From a virus, in the UHGV virus genome UHGV-1351772: 64,000 nucleotides of DNA; one strand, given 5' to 3'. Of the stretch, positions 10,507 to 20,086 are shown piece by piece. The position numbers and the translations under genes were made by a program. The notes below the pieces were generated by a model. The model did not search any database, was not told the origin of the DNA, and worked only from the letters and a program-made list of their open reading frames with translations. Within the stretch, counting starts at the first letter, position 1; every line of letters starts with the position of its first letter.

Positions 10507-11886
10507 TTAGCGCGTAAATGGCGAAGTTGCAAATCCACCGAAGCTGCTTTGCGGCTGTCCGCCAAAACTGCTATTCGTTGCAAATGCTGAACTCGTGCTA
10601 AACGCGCTAGTCCCTCCTACGTTCCCGCTAAAAGAATTATTCCCTCCGCCAAAGGTACTTGCCAAAGAACCTCCGGTATTCCCTACACCGAAGTTACTCT
10701 GACCACCGAAAGGTGACACCTTGCGCTCTCCACCAAACGCATCCACAACAGAAATTCGACTTACCATACCGTTGGCAGGGTTAGTTGTTCCGTGCTGCTC
10801 GGCGTAACGTTGCATCGCTGGCGTCAAATTCCCATAAGGACTATGCGTGGCCATGTTACGTTCACGTGCGCGGAAGAATTCCATCGGATCGGACTTATCT
10901 GCTTTATCTGCATCCGATGCACGTTTTTGTGGAATCTGCTGTGGTGCCTGTGCACGATCAATACGGAAATCATGCGCCGTGGTATCACGTTCAGGGCTGT
11001 CAGAACGTGGGCCGGTGTTATACGGTAAGGTCTGAATGACGTTATCGTAAATATCCATATTGTCCAGCTGAGAAATCCATTCATCTTCCAACGGACGTAA
11101 AGAAGTGTGGTCGCGCAATCCCTTAACGACGTTGTTATAGTTCACAACGTACTGCGCCCAACCACGCGCTAAGCAACCGAAATACGGACGCGAATCATTA
11201 GACCCCGTTACGCTCGGATACCAACCGAACACGGTGGTCAATAAACGATGGATAATGATTTTGTCTTGTTTACGTTGAAGCTTCGCAGAGAAGTACATTG
11301 CAGTACCATCTAACGATTCTTCTTCGAACATATTCCGATAATTAGCTACACGGTTAAACTTCACGCCGTCGATAACTAAATCAGACGCAATAAAAAGCTG
11401 GGTGATCTTGTGCTTTTTATCTTTTTCCAATTGTGCATAAACGAACGCCTTAACCGCTTCCCAGGATTTTACCAAACGTTCATCGAACGTCGGATCTTTC
11501 ATCCCTTCGCAAATCTGTTCTGTTAAGAATTTCTTGTAGGATGCAGAACGTACTGCTTTACCACTTGCCCCCGTTTCCAGAATCGCGTCGATTAATGCAA
11601 AGGAACGAATGAACAGGTTCGCATTAATGGATTTCTTCAGGAAACGAATTGTACCTGATTCACCTGCCAGTACCGATTCACACAGCGGATGAAATGCCTG
11701 ACATTCACGACCATCGTCGTCTTCCATGCCACGCTTAATCATCGCTGGGGTGGGAAGCGCCAAACGGCGCTTCACTTTGTTATACGTAAACTCTGCCGGT
11801 TCACCACCGTCACGAGTGAGTAAATCGTTTTCAAAATCGAATCCTTGTGATTTAAGAAACGATTTGTAGAATTCAATAATTTTCAT
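10507..11886 (-). CDS. hypothetical protein with ~85-aa Gly/Ser/Phe-rich (FG-repeat-like) C-terminal tail
   Basis: 459-aa ORF; C-terminus AFGG..PFGG..NFGVG..TFGGG..SFSG..SFGG..SFGGF is low-complexity and FG-rich. Confidence 0.6.
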   Translation of the reverse strand: MKIIEFYKSFLKSQGFDFENDLLTRDGGEPAEFTYNKVKRRLALPTPAMIKRGMEDDDGRECQAFHPLCESVLAGESGTIRFLKKSINANLFIRSFALIDAILETGASGKAVRSASYKKFLTEQICEGMKDPTFDERLVKSWEAVKAFVYAQLEKDKKHKITQLFIASDLVIDGVKFNRVANYRNMFEEESLDGTAMYFSAKLQRKQDKIIIHRLLTTVFGWYPSVTGSNDSRPYFGCLARGWAQYVVNYNNVVKGLRDHTSLRPLEDEWISQLDNMDIYDNVIQTLPYNTGPRSDSPERDTTAHDFRIDRAQAPQQIPQKRASDADKADKSDPMEFFRARERNMATHSPYGNLTPAMQRYAEQHGTTNPANGMVSRISVVDAFGGERKVSPFGGQSNFGVGNTGGSLASTFGGGNNSFSGNVGGTSAFSTSSAFATNSSFGGQPQSSFGGFATSPFTR

Positions 11887-11908
11887 TTAAGAGTCCTTGA
11901 TTAATCTT

Positions 11909-13615
11909 TTACTCGCCGAATGCACCAAAACCAGACACTGGCGCAGGAGTTGACATATCGCTGCCGCCAAAGCTACCGAAGCTACCCAGGCTCGTAGGTG
12001 CAGACACAGGGGCAGTTGGAATATTCGACAGGATATTCGAACGGTTCTGACCACGGTTGAATTCTTGGTACCCTTCTTCCACTTTATTCATCAGCTGCGC
12101 TGTTTCTGCAGCTAACTGGTTCGTGTACTGAAGGTCAGTTGTTGTACCACAATGCAGACGTGCTTTCATGAACGACGCATGAGTATAATACTCAGGCAGC
12201 TCACCATCGATTTCAATTTCAATACGTGAAACCACCCCGACGATACATGTTACGGTCATCTTACAACGAATACGGTTGTGTTTAGTCACTTGCAAGAATA
12301 CGCCTTGTAAGTCACTTAAGAAGCGACGCGCTAACACATCCGGTAATCCGTCTTCAGTTAATGCCCCAACGTTGTGTTTTGACACTTGCAGCAGAGGAGG
12401 TGTTGCAATATCCGCCATACGGTTATCGTAGAAGAAAGTCACTTCACCGATAAGGTTACGAGTGACCACAGGCCCCAGTAACATGGCTAAATCAAATGCC
12501 ACCAACGAACCCTGAGTAGAATAGTTATTACGTCCTACCCAATCATCGGTGCGTTCAATTTCACCAAAACCACGACGAGCCGCGACAGCCAGCGAGTGCG
12601 CAATTGCAGCGTCCACGTCTTCGGGATTAATCACCGCATTACGCAAGTCGCACAGTTTGAATGCTGCACGGTTCGCAACGTTCCAACCGCTAGTCATATC
12701 GGACGTGGCGTTGGATATGGCTGTTCTAAAAGCCTTCACCAACTCGTAACTGTTGAAATTACGCATCACACCGATCTGGCTAAGTTCAGATTCTACCCCA
12801 AGAGAATGATCTCCTGCGAAGAAACTGTCTACTGCGCTCAACTCCGTTTCAATCCCCATGGTATTAATGAAGGAATTGGAGATCGCTGTCACGAAAGATT
12901 CTGGTCGGGTTAATTGACTAGACATCAACTGTGGCGCACGCTGGCAATTAGCGGAGATAACGGTGTTGTTATCCAGCTCAATCTGCTCACCAGCTTTCAC
13001 CACTTTACGTACCATATCAGCTGCTTTCGCGGTAGAAATAACGTCAATGGTGTGCTCTACATAGCTGTCTGCGGTTAATGTCTTGGACAACACATAGTTG
13101 TCTATCAAACGGAAGGAATCCGGGTTGATACGACGTCCACCGAACGCATCAGTGATATACGTACATTGTAACCCGTATATTTCGTTGATATACAGAACCA
13201 TGTCGTCCGGCAGGTGATTAAACATGGATCGCTCTGCCTGGGACGTATACCCGGAAACAACATAACGCGTTTCCTGAGTCCGTGTGTCGTTTAACGAGTT
13301 CGAAACAATAATCGCCACGAAGTTATACACACCAGTATCGCGAGAATTATACGCAAATTGGATTGGTTGCGATTCGTTATCACTCACGTTAATGAATGGA
13401 CGTTCAATGCCTGTTGGGGTATTGTCGAAACCCACAATCTGCCCCAGGGCTTCTTGATAAGCCCGAGAACCTGTTGCTTTATCACCGTGTTCTGCAACCA
13501 CATCCACTAACTCATCCAAAGCGTGCTGCGATTCAAAGAACCCAATACGACGACGAATCTGCTCTGGGATTTCGTACACTGGATACATTTGTAGTTTCAA
13601 AAGTTTCATTGCCAT
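11909..13615 (-). CDS. hypothetical protein with FG-rich C-terminal tail
   Basis: 568-aa ORF ending ...SLGSFGSFGGSDMSTPAPVSGFGAFGE; adjacent to and co-directional with the previous FG-tail gene. Confidence 0.6.
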   Translation of the reverse strand: MAMKLLKLQMYPVYEIPEQIRRRIGFFESQHALDELVDVVAEHGDKATGSRAYQEALGQIVGFDNTPTGIERPFINVSDNESQPIQFAYNSRDTGVYNFVAIIVSNSLNDTRTQETRYVVSGYTSQAERSMFNHLPDDMVLYINEIYGLQCTYITDAFGGRRINPDSFRLIDNYVLSKTLTADSYVEHTIDVISTAKAADMVRKVVKAGEQIELDNNTVISANCQRAPQLMSSQLTRPESFVTAISNSFINTMGIETELSAVDSFFAGDHSLGVESELSQIGVMRNFNSYELVKAFRTAISNATSDMTSGWNVANRAAFKLCDLRNAVINPEDVDAAIAHSLAVAARRGFGEIERTDDWVGRNNYSTQGSLVAFDLAMLLGPVVTRNLIGEVTFFYDNRMADIATPPLLQVSKHNVGALTEDGLPDVLARRFLSDLQGVFLQVTKHNRIRCKMTVTCIVGVVSRIEIEIDGELPEYYTHASFMKARLHCGTTTDLQYTNQLAAETAQLMNKVEEGYQEFNRGQNRSNILSNIPTAPVSAPTSLGSFGSFGGSDMSTPAPVSGFGAFGE

Positions 13616-13645
13616 TGTAAATGCTCCTTTAGGTCAAGCCGAAAA

Positions 13646-15358
13646 TTATTGATTAAACCATGCTACTTCTTCGCATTTCTTTCTGTTTTGAATTAACAGA
13701 AATTCTGCTAACATGTTCTGAAGTCGCGGATGAGGTGAATAGTCCAACATCACTGTCCCACACCGTAACATTCTGGCTGCTTCCGGTGTTGCCCTGAGAT
13801 TGAAGTTGAACGGTGCAATATGTTCACGAACCAACAAGCTGAGAGAATCCTTCAATGTTGATTGTTCGTAAGTATTACGATGCTTACGGTATGCTTGTGG
13901 ATAATATCTATCCGTTTTTATTTTAATCTCATTATCGATTGGCTCGATAGGATACCCGCCATTTAGCGGTGCCCGGATCATTTCACAACTTAACAACTGT
14001 GCAATCTCAGGCATTCCGTAATAGATGTAAACGGCTTGGGATATACCCATCGCGTTCTTAAACGCTTCTGCGTCGATTTCCTTGTATGTACGACGATCTG
14101 CAAATCGGTGCATCACTGCCGCCACCAACCATTCGTAGAGTTCGTAGAAAGGATATTGATGGTTAATGTTGATGGAATCTATCAACACTTTCACATCAGC
14201 GGGAGCAATATCGAGATTCAAAGCACGCACCGCACGACGATAGTCATTAAAGAATTCTTGAGTACGAACGAATTCCTTCATTGGTGCTTTAGTCCGAGCT
14301 TGAACCAGGTCAATCGACGAAGTTTTCCCCTTCTCGCCGTTGAACATGATTTTCTCAGGATTCGCTTTTAGCATCACGTTTTGACCGGAAATTTTTCCCG
14401 CGAAGCCCGTTTCAATTTCTTGCCGAATATTGAAATACATCCCCGCCACGATGTTGTTTTCAACCATCGTACCTGGTGGTAGTTCGGCACCGATTAACTT
14501 CATCGCAATTAAACGGATAACGGCGAACGCTATGATGTATTCCTCTACCATATCCGTACCGTAGCCGCAGATAGATGCCAGGACGGTAAGGTTTGCAGTA
14601 TTAGGTCCTTTACTCCCCCCGTCCTGAACTTTCGAAATCACCGACACTAAAAACTCACGCAACTTTGTAATGGCTGGCAGTGTAGCAATCTCGGTATCAG
14701 ACAACAGTTCCATGCAGTAGGTCAGGTTATAAACACTTTTGCGCTTCGACTCAACAGAAGCACGTGTTGCAGGAAAAGCGTCCAAAATCAAGAATACGGG
14801 AATAAACGGTTTTGTCATCAAAGACAAAATCACCAATTCGTAATAATCTTGTACGATATACGTCATCTCTTTTGGATAATTCGACGACATCTCTTCGTAC
14901 GTTTCGTGGACGTTTTGAGGAATCCACACCGAACCGTGTGGATAAAGCTGGCGGAATCTATCTGCGTGATGAAATTTAGCAATTCTCGCGACGAGCGTGG
15001 GGACGTGTTCACGAATAACTTCTGGGGGTTCATTAGCTAACAACTCTAATTCTTCGTAAACTGAAAACAGTTCGCTTTTCTCTTCAGGTGTTAAAGTTGA
15101 CCAATAACGCTCGATTTCCATGAACATGATTTTATCGTGCGTTACGATCTGTCCGAAACTATCGCGTACGTCTGGCACATTCACGTCTTTACGTCCATTT
15201 CGGAAACCATTAAACGCGACCTCTTTTTCGCCGTACTTTATCACTAAACGGTCACGATTCTTTTCAATGCGCATTTTAAAATCTCCAGGAATAACATAGT
15301 CGTCCACTAAGATAAAATCTATCTCAGATAACTTCGACTGTATTCTACACACATACAC
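13646..15358 (-). CDS. hypothetical protein (570 aa)
   Basis: Long minus-strand ORF in operon context; no motif recognised. Confidence 0.55.
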   Translation of the reverse strand: MYVCRIQSKLSEIDFILVDDYVIPGDFKMRIEKNRDRLVIKYGEKEVAFNGFRNGRKDVNVPDVRDSFGQIVTHDKIMFMEIERYWSTLTPEEKSELFSVYEELELLANEPPEVIREHVPTLVARIAKFHHADRFRQLYPHGSVWIPQNVHETYEEMSSNYPKEMTYIVQDYYELVILSLMTKPFIPVFLILDAFPATRASVESKRKSVYNLTYCMELLSDTEIATLPAITKLREFLVSVISKVQDGGSKGPNTANLTVLASICGYGTDMVEEYIIAFAVIRLIAMKLIGAELPPGTMVENNIVAGMYFNIRQEIETGFAGKISGQNVMLKANPEKIMFNGEKGKTSSIDLVQARTKAPMKEFVRTQEFFNDYRRAVRALNLDIAPADVKVLIDSININHQYPFYELYEWLVAAVMHRFADRRTYKEIDAEAFKNAMGISQAVYIYYGMPEIAQLLSCEMIRAPLNGGYPIEPIDNEIKIKTDRYYPQAYRKHRNTYEQSTLKDSLSLLVREHIAPFNFNLRATPEAARMLRCGTVMLDYSPHPRLQNMLAEFLLIQNRKKCEEVAWFNQ

Positions 15359-15365
15359 GATAAAG

Positions 15366-15385
15366 AGCCCCAGGATATCCTGGGG
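15366..15385 (-). terminator. hairpin, possible terminator
   Basis: gccccagg-atat-cctggggc perfect hairpin between genes; the downstream U-tract is weak. Confidence 0.35.
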
Positions 15386-15407
15386 CTATGTTATAGTTTT
15401 ACATTAT

Positions 15408-16052
15408 TTAGATAATATCGTCAAAATCGTTAGTTGGTGTTGGGGCTTTTGCAGCAGATTGGTTGTTATAACCTCCGCCGTTGCCGCCGTTATTGTAACC
15501 GCCGCGACCGTAACTACCACCACCCGCATTATTAAACTCACGCGGTTTGTAGTTGTCACGGAAATCTTCCAGGAATACATCCGCATTTTTCAGGAACGCG
15601 CGTAGCTGACGCTCTGCCAGTTCCAGATCGGAGACCAGTTGTCCATTACGGAAAACACGATAACCTTTCGGATAAGTGAAATAGAATTTCTTCTGACGCG
15701 CACCAACCCCTGGGATCTCGCCGCTCAGTGCAAAGAACGGTGTCAGATTTTCATCACGACCTACGTGTAAGCTAACCGGTGCCTTCTTACCTTTTGTATC
15801 TTCCCATTTGAAAACAACTTTTTCGGGTTTCTGCATCACCGTACGCAGGGTTTCAAAGATATCAACACAGACAGTATAACCTGCGGTGAAATAAAGACCT
15901 TCGCCTTTACCAAAGGAATAGTGGAATTTCATCAGTTCCACATCACCATTGAACTCGTTCAATTCAATGCCCAGTTTACGAGTACGGCCCTGTTGATCCG
16001 GCTCAGTCTGCGGGTAAAGCCATTTCTCTTTAAGGAAGTTTTTATTGACCAT
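15408..16052 (-). CDS. single-stranded DNA-binding protein-like (Gly-rich linker plus acidic DFDDII tip)
   Basis: C-terminus GGGSYGRGGYNNGGNGGGYNN...TNDFDDII mirrors the bacterial SSB Gly-rich linker and acidic tip (E. coli SSB ends MDFDDDIPF). Confidence 0.5.
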   Translation of the reverse strand: MVNKNFLKEKWLYPQTEPDQQGRTRKLGIELNEFNGDVELMKFHYSFGKGEGLYFTAGYTVCVDIFETLRTVMQKPEKVVFKWEDTKGKKAPVSLHVGRDENLTPFFALSGEIPGVGARQKKFYFTYPKGYRVFRNGQLVSDLELAERQLRAFLKNADVFLEDFRDNYKPREFNNAGGGSYGRGGYNNGGNGGGYNNQSAAKAPTPTNDFDDII

Positions 16053-16110
16053 TTACTTATCCTATTTTTACATTTTCGGAGTGCTCAAACTAACAAAACG
16101 ATCTGTAAAA

Positions 16111-16947
16111 TTAGCGAGACAATCTACGAAGGAACTCAATGACAAAGGGCTCGTTAACCAACTTCAAGCAACTGTAAATACGATCCATGGTCGTATCTTG
16201 TCGCCAGTGGTATTTCTCGGCGGTATTCAACACCACCTTACGAACCTTTCTGTCAAGTGGGGAGAACATATACCCATCGCCAAATAGCGTTAGAAACGCC
16301 TTGTTAAACGGGATCTGTTCGGGTTTACCGTAAAGCTTCGTGTACCATTCTAACCGACCTTTAATCTTGCCCGTGTGTGATTCTAGCAGATTCAACAGCG
16401 GGAAATCTTTGTAGGCCAGCAGATCGGCGGGGTAATGGGTTAAAATCAATGTGTCATGCTGCCCTTTCGGAAACACATCGAAGCTTTTGAATTGCTCAGG
16501 GTATTTTTCACCGTATAACTTTAACGTATCGTGTTCTAACGCATTAAAGTGGTGCTGGTTAGGTGTCATCTTTTCCTGCCCTCCCGCAATCGTACGGAAC
16601 GCTGCTTCGGGGAAGATTCTGTTCGCACTTTTATACGTACAGATATAGGGGACACATAGCACCGAAGGCGCTACCGCTTTCGCGGTAGCGTTAATAGAAG
16701 CAATATCTTCTTCAATCGATGCCAGCAACACTTCAGGTGTTAATCGTTCACGATTCGTTTCAAACGCGTAAAACGCGTTACGGAACAACGTCCGTAGATT
16801 CAGGTAAATATCCTGATACTTGTGGATAGGGACAGGACCCTTCCAATCGGCATATTCTCCTTCATGGAGAAGCCCTTCAAAAGCCAACGATGTAGCAATT
16901 GACATTTGATAAAACCCAAACGTGCGATCAACACTGATTGGGGTCAT
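16111..16947 (-). CDS. hypothetical protein (278 aa)
   Basis: ORF immediately downstream of and overlapping the nuclease gene (ATGA). Confidence 0.5.
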   Translation of the reverse strand: MTPISVDRTFGFYQMSIATSLAFEGLLHEGEYADWKGPVPIHKYQDIYLNLRTLFRNAFYAFETNRERLTPEVLLASIEEDIASINATAKAVAPSVLCVPYICTYKSANRIFPEAAFRTIAGGQEKMTPNQHHFNALEHDTLKLYGEKYPEQFKSFDVFPKGQHDTLILTHYPADLLAYKDFPLLNLLESHTGKIKGRLEWYTKLYGKPEQIPFNKAFLTLFGDGYMFSPLDRKVRKVVLNTAEKYHWRQDTTMDRIYSCLKLVNEPFVIEFLRRLSR

Positions 16948-18092
16948 TTGATGCTCCTGATAATGTCAGTGACAATTTGTGCATCGTATTTAAACGGCAC
17001 TAATGCTTCTAACAAAATCGCTTCCACATTCTCTTCAGAGATGGTTTCCTCGACCTCTGCGTCGATGGCAAAACCGGCTGCGAGAATTTGCTCCTCTTCA
17101 GGCGTACGTATACGCGTACCTGAAATATGGAATGAATATTGTGATTTCCAACGAGTGATGGCTTCCGCCAATGGAGAATCAGGGTAATATTCAATTTCCA
17201 ATCGTCCTATCATTGAGGACGGATGAGTATCGATGTACTCAAGCGCAGAGAGACATTTCGCGTACTGCGATTCATAGTCCTCCTCCGCAGCAATTTTAAT
17301 CTGCGGGCAAGCGCGTTCATTAACCAAGAAATAATCTCTGGCTAAATCAGGAGTGAAATCGACAATAGCAAAGCCTTTGTCCTCTTCTTCACCCATTGCC
17401 AGGCGATCAGGGCTGCCTGGTACACGAATCTTACCCAATTGTTTCCTACGATGATCGTGATGGATGATAATCAAATGCTTGACTAACGGTTCCCAAAAAT
17501 CCGTATGGAAAAAGCGGGTAGACTCAACGGGAACTTGGAACTGAAAGCAGCCATGCATAAAGCAGAAATCCATCTGCTGTATACCACGCGTGGCTAATAA
17601 TTCAGCCATTTCCTGTTCTGTTGCGGTAGCATCAATGGATTCAGAACCCAGGGCTTTATACTCGTCCTGGACCCAACCGACTGTCGCTTCTAACGCCTCG
17701 TCGTAAAACACGCCAATCTTATCCAGATACAAACAATCTGCACCCACCGCCTGATTTAACTCTTCGACGATTTTCGATTGTTTGTGATCGTGGGAGGGTG
17801 TTCCTTCCAAGACACGAATAGCAGTATTCGTCTGTTTGGCCCAGAGCAATAACCAAGTTAAAAACCCTATGGCTTCCTGAGAATCTTCTTGCCGCAAATG
17901 CCGGGAATCATCAAATAAATCACCAGCTATATAAATAGCGTCAATCGTATTATCGAACCGTTCTAAGGTTTCCTTGAGCACGTTAACAATGTGCCACGTC
18001 GGTACACGACGGTGCAGTAAATGTACATCGCCCGTTGAGAAAATGCGCTTAACGCCAACTGGTTTCGGTGGCGGATTAGTAATCCTCTTCAT
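16944..18092 (-). CDS. Mre11/SbcD-like calcineurin-type phosphoesterase (nuclease)
   Basis: Ordered phosphoesterase motifs: GDVH (I), IAGDLFDD (II), EGTPSHD (III), FMHGCF (IV), IIHHDH (V). Confidence 0.6.
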   Translation of the reverse strand: MKRITNPPPKPVGVKRIFSTGDVHLLHRRVPTWHIVNVLKETLERFDNTIDAIYIAGDLFDDSRHLRQEDSQEAIGFLTWLLLWAKQTNTAIRVLEGTPSHDHKQSKIVEELNQAVGADCLYLDKIGVFYDEALEATVGWVQDEYKALGSESIDATATEQEMAELLATRGIQQMDFCFMHGCFQFQVPVESTRFFHTDFWEPLVKHLIIIHHDHRRKQLGKIRVPGSPDRLAMGEEEDKGFAIVDFTPDLARDYFLVNERACPQIKIAAEEDYESQYAKCLSALEYIDTHPSSMIGRLEIEYYPDSPLAEAITRWKSQYSFHISGTRIRTPEEEQILAAGFAIDAEVEETISEENVEAILLEALVPFKYDAQIVTDIIRSIK

Positions 18093-18744
18093 CGATGATT
18101 CTTCTTCCCTTAGCAGGGGAGGACTGTTCAGGTTGTGCCGCCGTTACAGATTTCTTTTGTCCCTGGATACGATTGCACAATTCTTCAAGTCCTTCAGGAT
18201 AAGGTAATTGTCCTGACACGTTATAACGACGGAAGATCCAGTTTAACAGGTCGATAGTCTGTTTCGCACGAAGTGCATTTTCTTCGTACGACAACTGCTC
18301 GATACCGTCCAACGTATAGTCGATCATCTGATACATCTGCCGTTCACCGACCTCGGAAATGATATCGGCTTGTTGGCGAATCATCTCTGTTTCTTCAGTG
18401 AGCGACGGTTGACCGTCGACGTGTTGGAGTGACCGACCAGTATTAAGCAGAGGCGGGATCGTAAAGAGTAGTTTTGAATTATCCGAATCCGAAACAATCT
18501 GTAACGGAACGAAAGCACTACCTACATAATCCGTCCAGGTATCTTCGTTAAACGTACCGTCCAACATCCCCGACAACAACGGCAAACCTTGTCGACGGAA
18601 CATCGATTCAGTAAACACGCTGCACACACCCTGGCCCTGTTTAAGCATCTCTTCCATTTCAAGAAGTTTCTCAAACTCAAACTTAGCACGGCCAGAAAGT
18701 TCTTCAATGGGTACACCATTAAATTTTCCCGGTTCTTGATCCAT
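18076..18744 (-). CDS. hypothetical protein (222 aa)
   Basis: Minus-strand ORF in operon context. Confidence 0.5.
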   Translation of the reverse strand: MDQEPGKFNGVPIEELSGRAKFEFEKLLEMEEMLKQGQGVCSVFTESMFRRQGLPLLSGMLDGTFNEDTWTDYVGSAFVPLQIVSDSDNSKLLFTIPPLLNTGRSLQHVDGQPSLTEETEMIRQQADIISEVGERQMYQMIDYTLDGIEQLSYEENALRAKQTIDLLNWIFRRYNVSGQLPYPEGLEELCNRIQGQKKSVTAAQPEQSSPAKGRRIIDEEDY

Positions 18745-18746
18745 CC

Positions 18747-19130
18747 TTACTCATCCTCAATGACTGATGATTCAGTTTCAACGTATCGTTCCACATCATA
18801 CCACACCCCGCCCGACATAACGCGAGCTTGGATGATGATACGGTAACGTACATCGGTATCCGGCAAATATTCCCAGGTTGTCTCTACTTCAACCCCCTCA
18901 GGAAAAATATGTTCGTAAAGCGTGGTTAAGTCTGTTTTCACCCGATTGGCTAAACCGTCGGGATCTTGAGCAAACATTTGCTTTGCTTTCGCAAGTGACC
19001 GGACATTGCCTTGATAAATTTGCGATTGGCTGTACCCTGCTTCCGTGTAATGATTCATCATCTCACGAATACGTTCACGGGGAGTTTTTGCCCAGCCGCG
19101 TGTAGAAACCGTGCCTACTGCAATCGCCAT
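18747..19130 (-). CDS. hypothetical protein (127 aa)
   Basis: Minus-strand ORF 3 bp upstream of the next gene. Confidence 0.5.
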   Translation of the reverse strand: MAIAVGTVSTRGWAKTPRERIREMMNHYTEAGYSQSQIYQGNVRSLAKAKQMFAQDPDGLANRVKTDLTTLYEHIFPEGVEVETTWEYLPDTDVRYRIIIQARVMSGGVWYDVERYVETESSVIEDE

Positions 19131-19170
19131 TCTCTACTCCTATCACATTGATAGCTGCTGCTGTAAATAA

Positions 19171-19205
19171 GAAAAAAGAAGGGGGTGCCCAATCCCCTTC
19201 TTTTC
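19171..19205 (-). terminator. intrinsic terminator
   Basis: gaaggggg-tgcccaat-ccccttc hairpin followed on the minus strand by TTTTTTC, after the stop of 19208..19795. Confidence 0.6.
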
Positions 19206-19207
19206 GA

Positions 19208-19795
19208 TTAACACGAAGCGCCGAGTTCAGAACACGGATCTTCGTCTTCCCAATCAAAACTCCGCATACGTGCCCAGTTGATTTGCATGTCAACTTGCTC
19301 TACACGCGTGAGTTTGTTGGATCGATCTTCGTTGGATACCCAGTTCCAAATACGATCTTCATCGTACTCGTTGGACATACCCGACGTTACTTCGCGGAAG
19401 TTATCGTCCGTATGCATATACGCCGAACCACGGAAGTTATCGATTTTCGAATACCCGTTCTCGTAACCGGTCGCCATGTTGTTATTGTACAATTGTCGAT
19501 ATTCCGGCAACGCCATTAGCAACGGCTGTAAGGTTGCGTTTGCAAACTGGAATTGTCCTATCTTCTCCAATTGTCGTACAACGTCAGTCGCATCGCTGTG
19601 CTGTACTTTGCGTGCGGCTGCATACATCTCGCGGAAACGCTCTAATGAAATTAACTCATTACATTTTCGTTTAACGCTTTCGATCATGTCAGGAGCAAAG
19701 GCGTTAATATCGAAATTGTCTCTGAAATAGCGATACATCCCGCTATTTTCAGTTTGTCGCGTCCAGATGGTTCCGCCTAAGTTCCACATGCCCAT
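19208..19795 (-). CDS. hypothetical protein (195 aa)
   Basis: Minus-strand ORF between a terminator and the RNAP exon. Confidence 0.5.
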   Translation of the reverse strand: MGMWNLGGTIWTRQTENSGMYRYFRDNFDINAFAPDMIESVKRKCNELISLERFREMYAAARKVQHSDATDVVRQLEKIGQFQFANATLQPLLMALPEYRQLYNNNMATGYENGYSKIDNFRGSAYMHTDDNFREVTSGMSNEYDEDRIWNWVSNEDRSNKLTRVEQVDMQINWARMRSFDWEDEDPCSELGASC

Positions 19796-19801
19796 GTTTC
19801 A

Positions 19802-20086
19802 TTACCCCGCCAATTTTAATAATTCCGAGTCAAGCGCGATACCGGCTTCCAAGTCCTCTTCAGTATCCTGGAAGAAACTGTTTATGTTGCTGATATTCTC
19901 GTTATGGAGAATCATGCAACTCGAAACCTCGTCCACATTCGTGCTTGACATAAACCCGTTGTCTGGGCGATAAGCCATGCCCAGTTCCATTTCAATCTGG
20001 TCGATTGCCAATCTACATTGTAACTGGTCGCCATCGAAATCCTGTTTGTCCACTCCATTCCTTTTGGAGCAGGTGTGCAATGACAC
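19802..20086 (-). CDS. RNA polymerase beta-prime catalytic segment (DFDGDQ), probable exon 2 of the beta-prime N-terminal gene
   Basis: Translation begins VSLHTCSKRNGVDKQDFDGDQLQ, matching the universal NADFDGDQ Mg-binding motif; listed start is GTG and an in-frame TGA lies 5 codons upstream, so it is unlikely to be an independent gene. Confidence 0.5.
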   Translation of the reverse strand: MSLHTCSKRNGVDKQDFDGDQLQCRLAIDQIEMELGMAYRPDNGFMSSTNVDEVSSCMILHNENISNINSFFQDTEEDLEAGIALDSELLKLAG

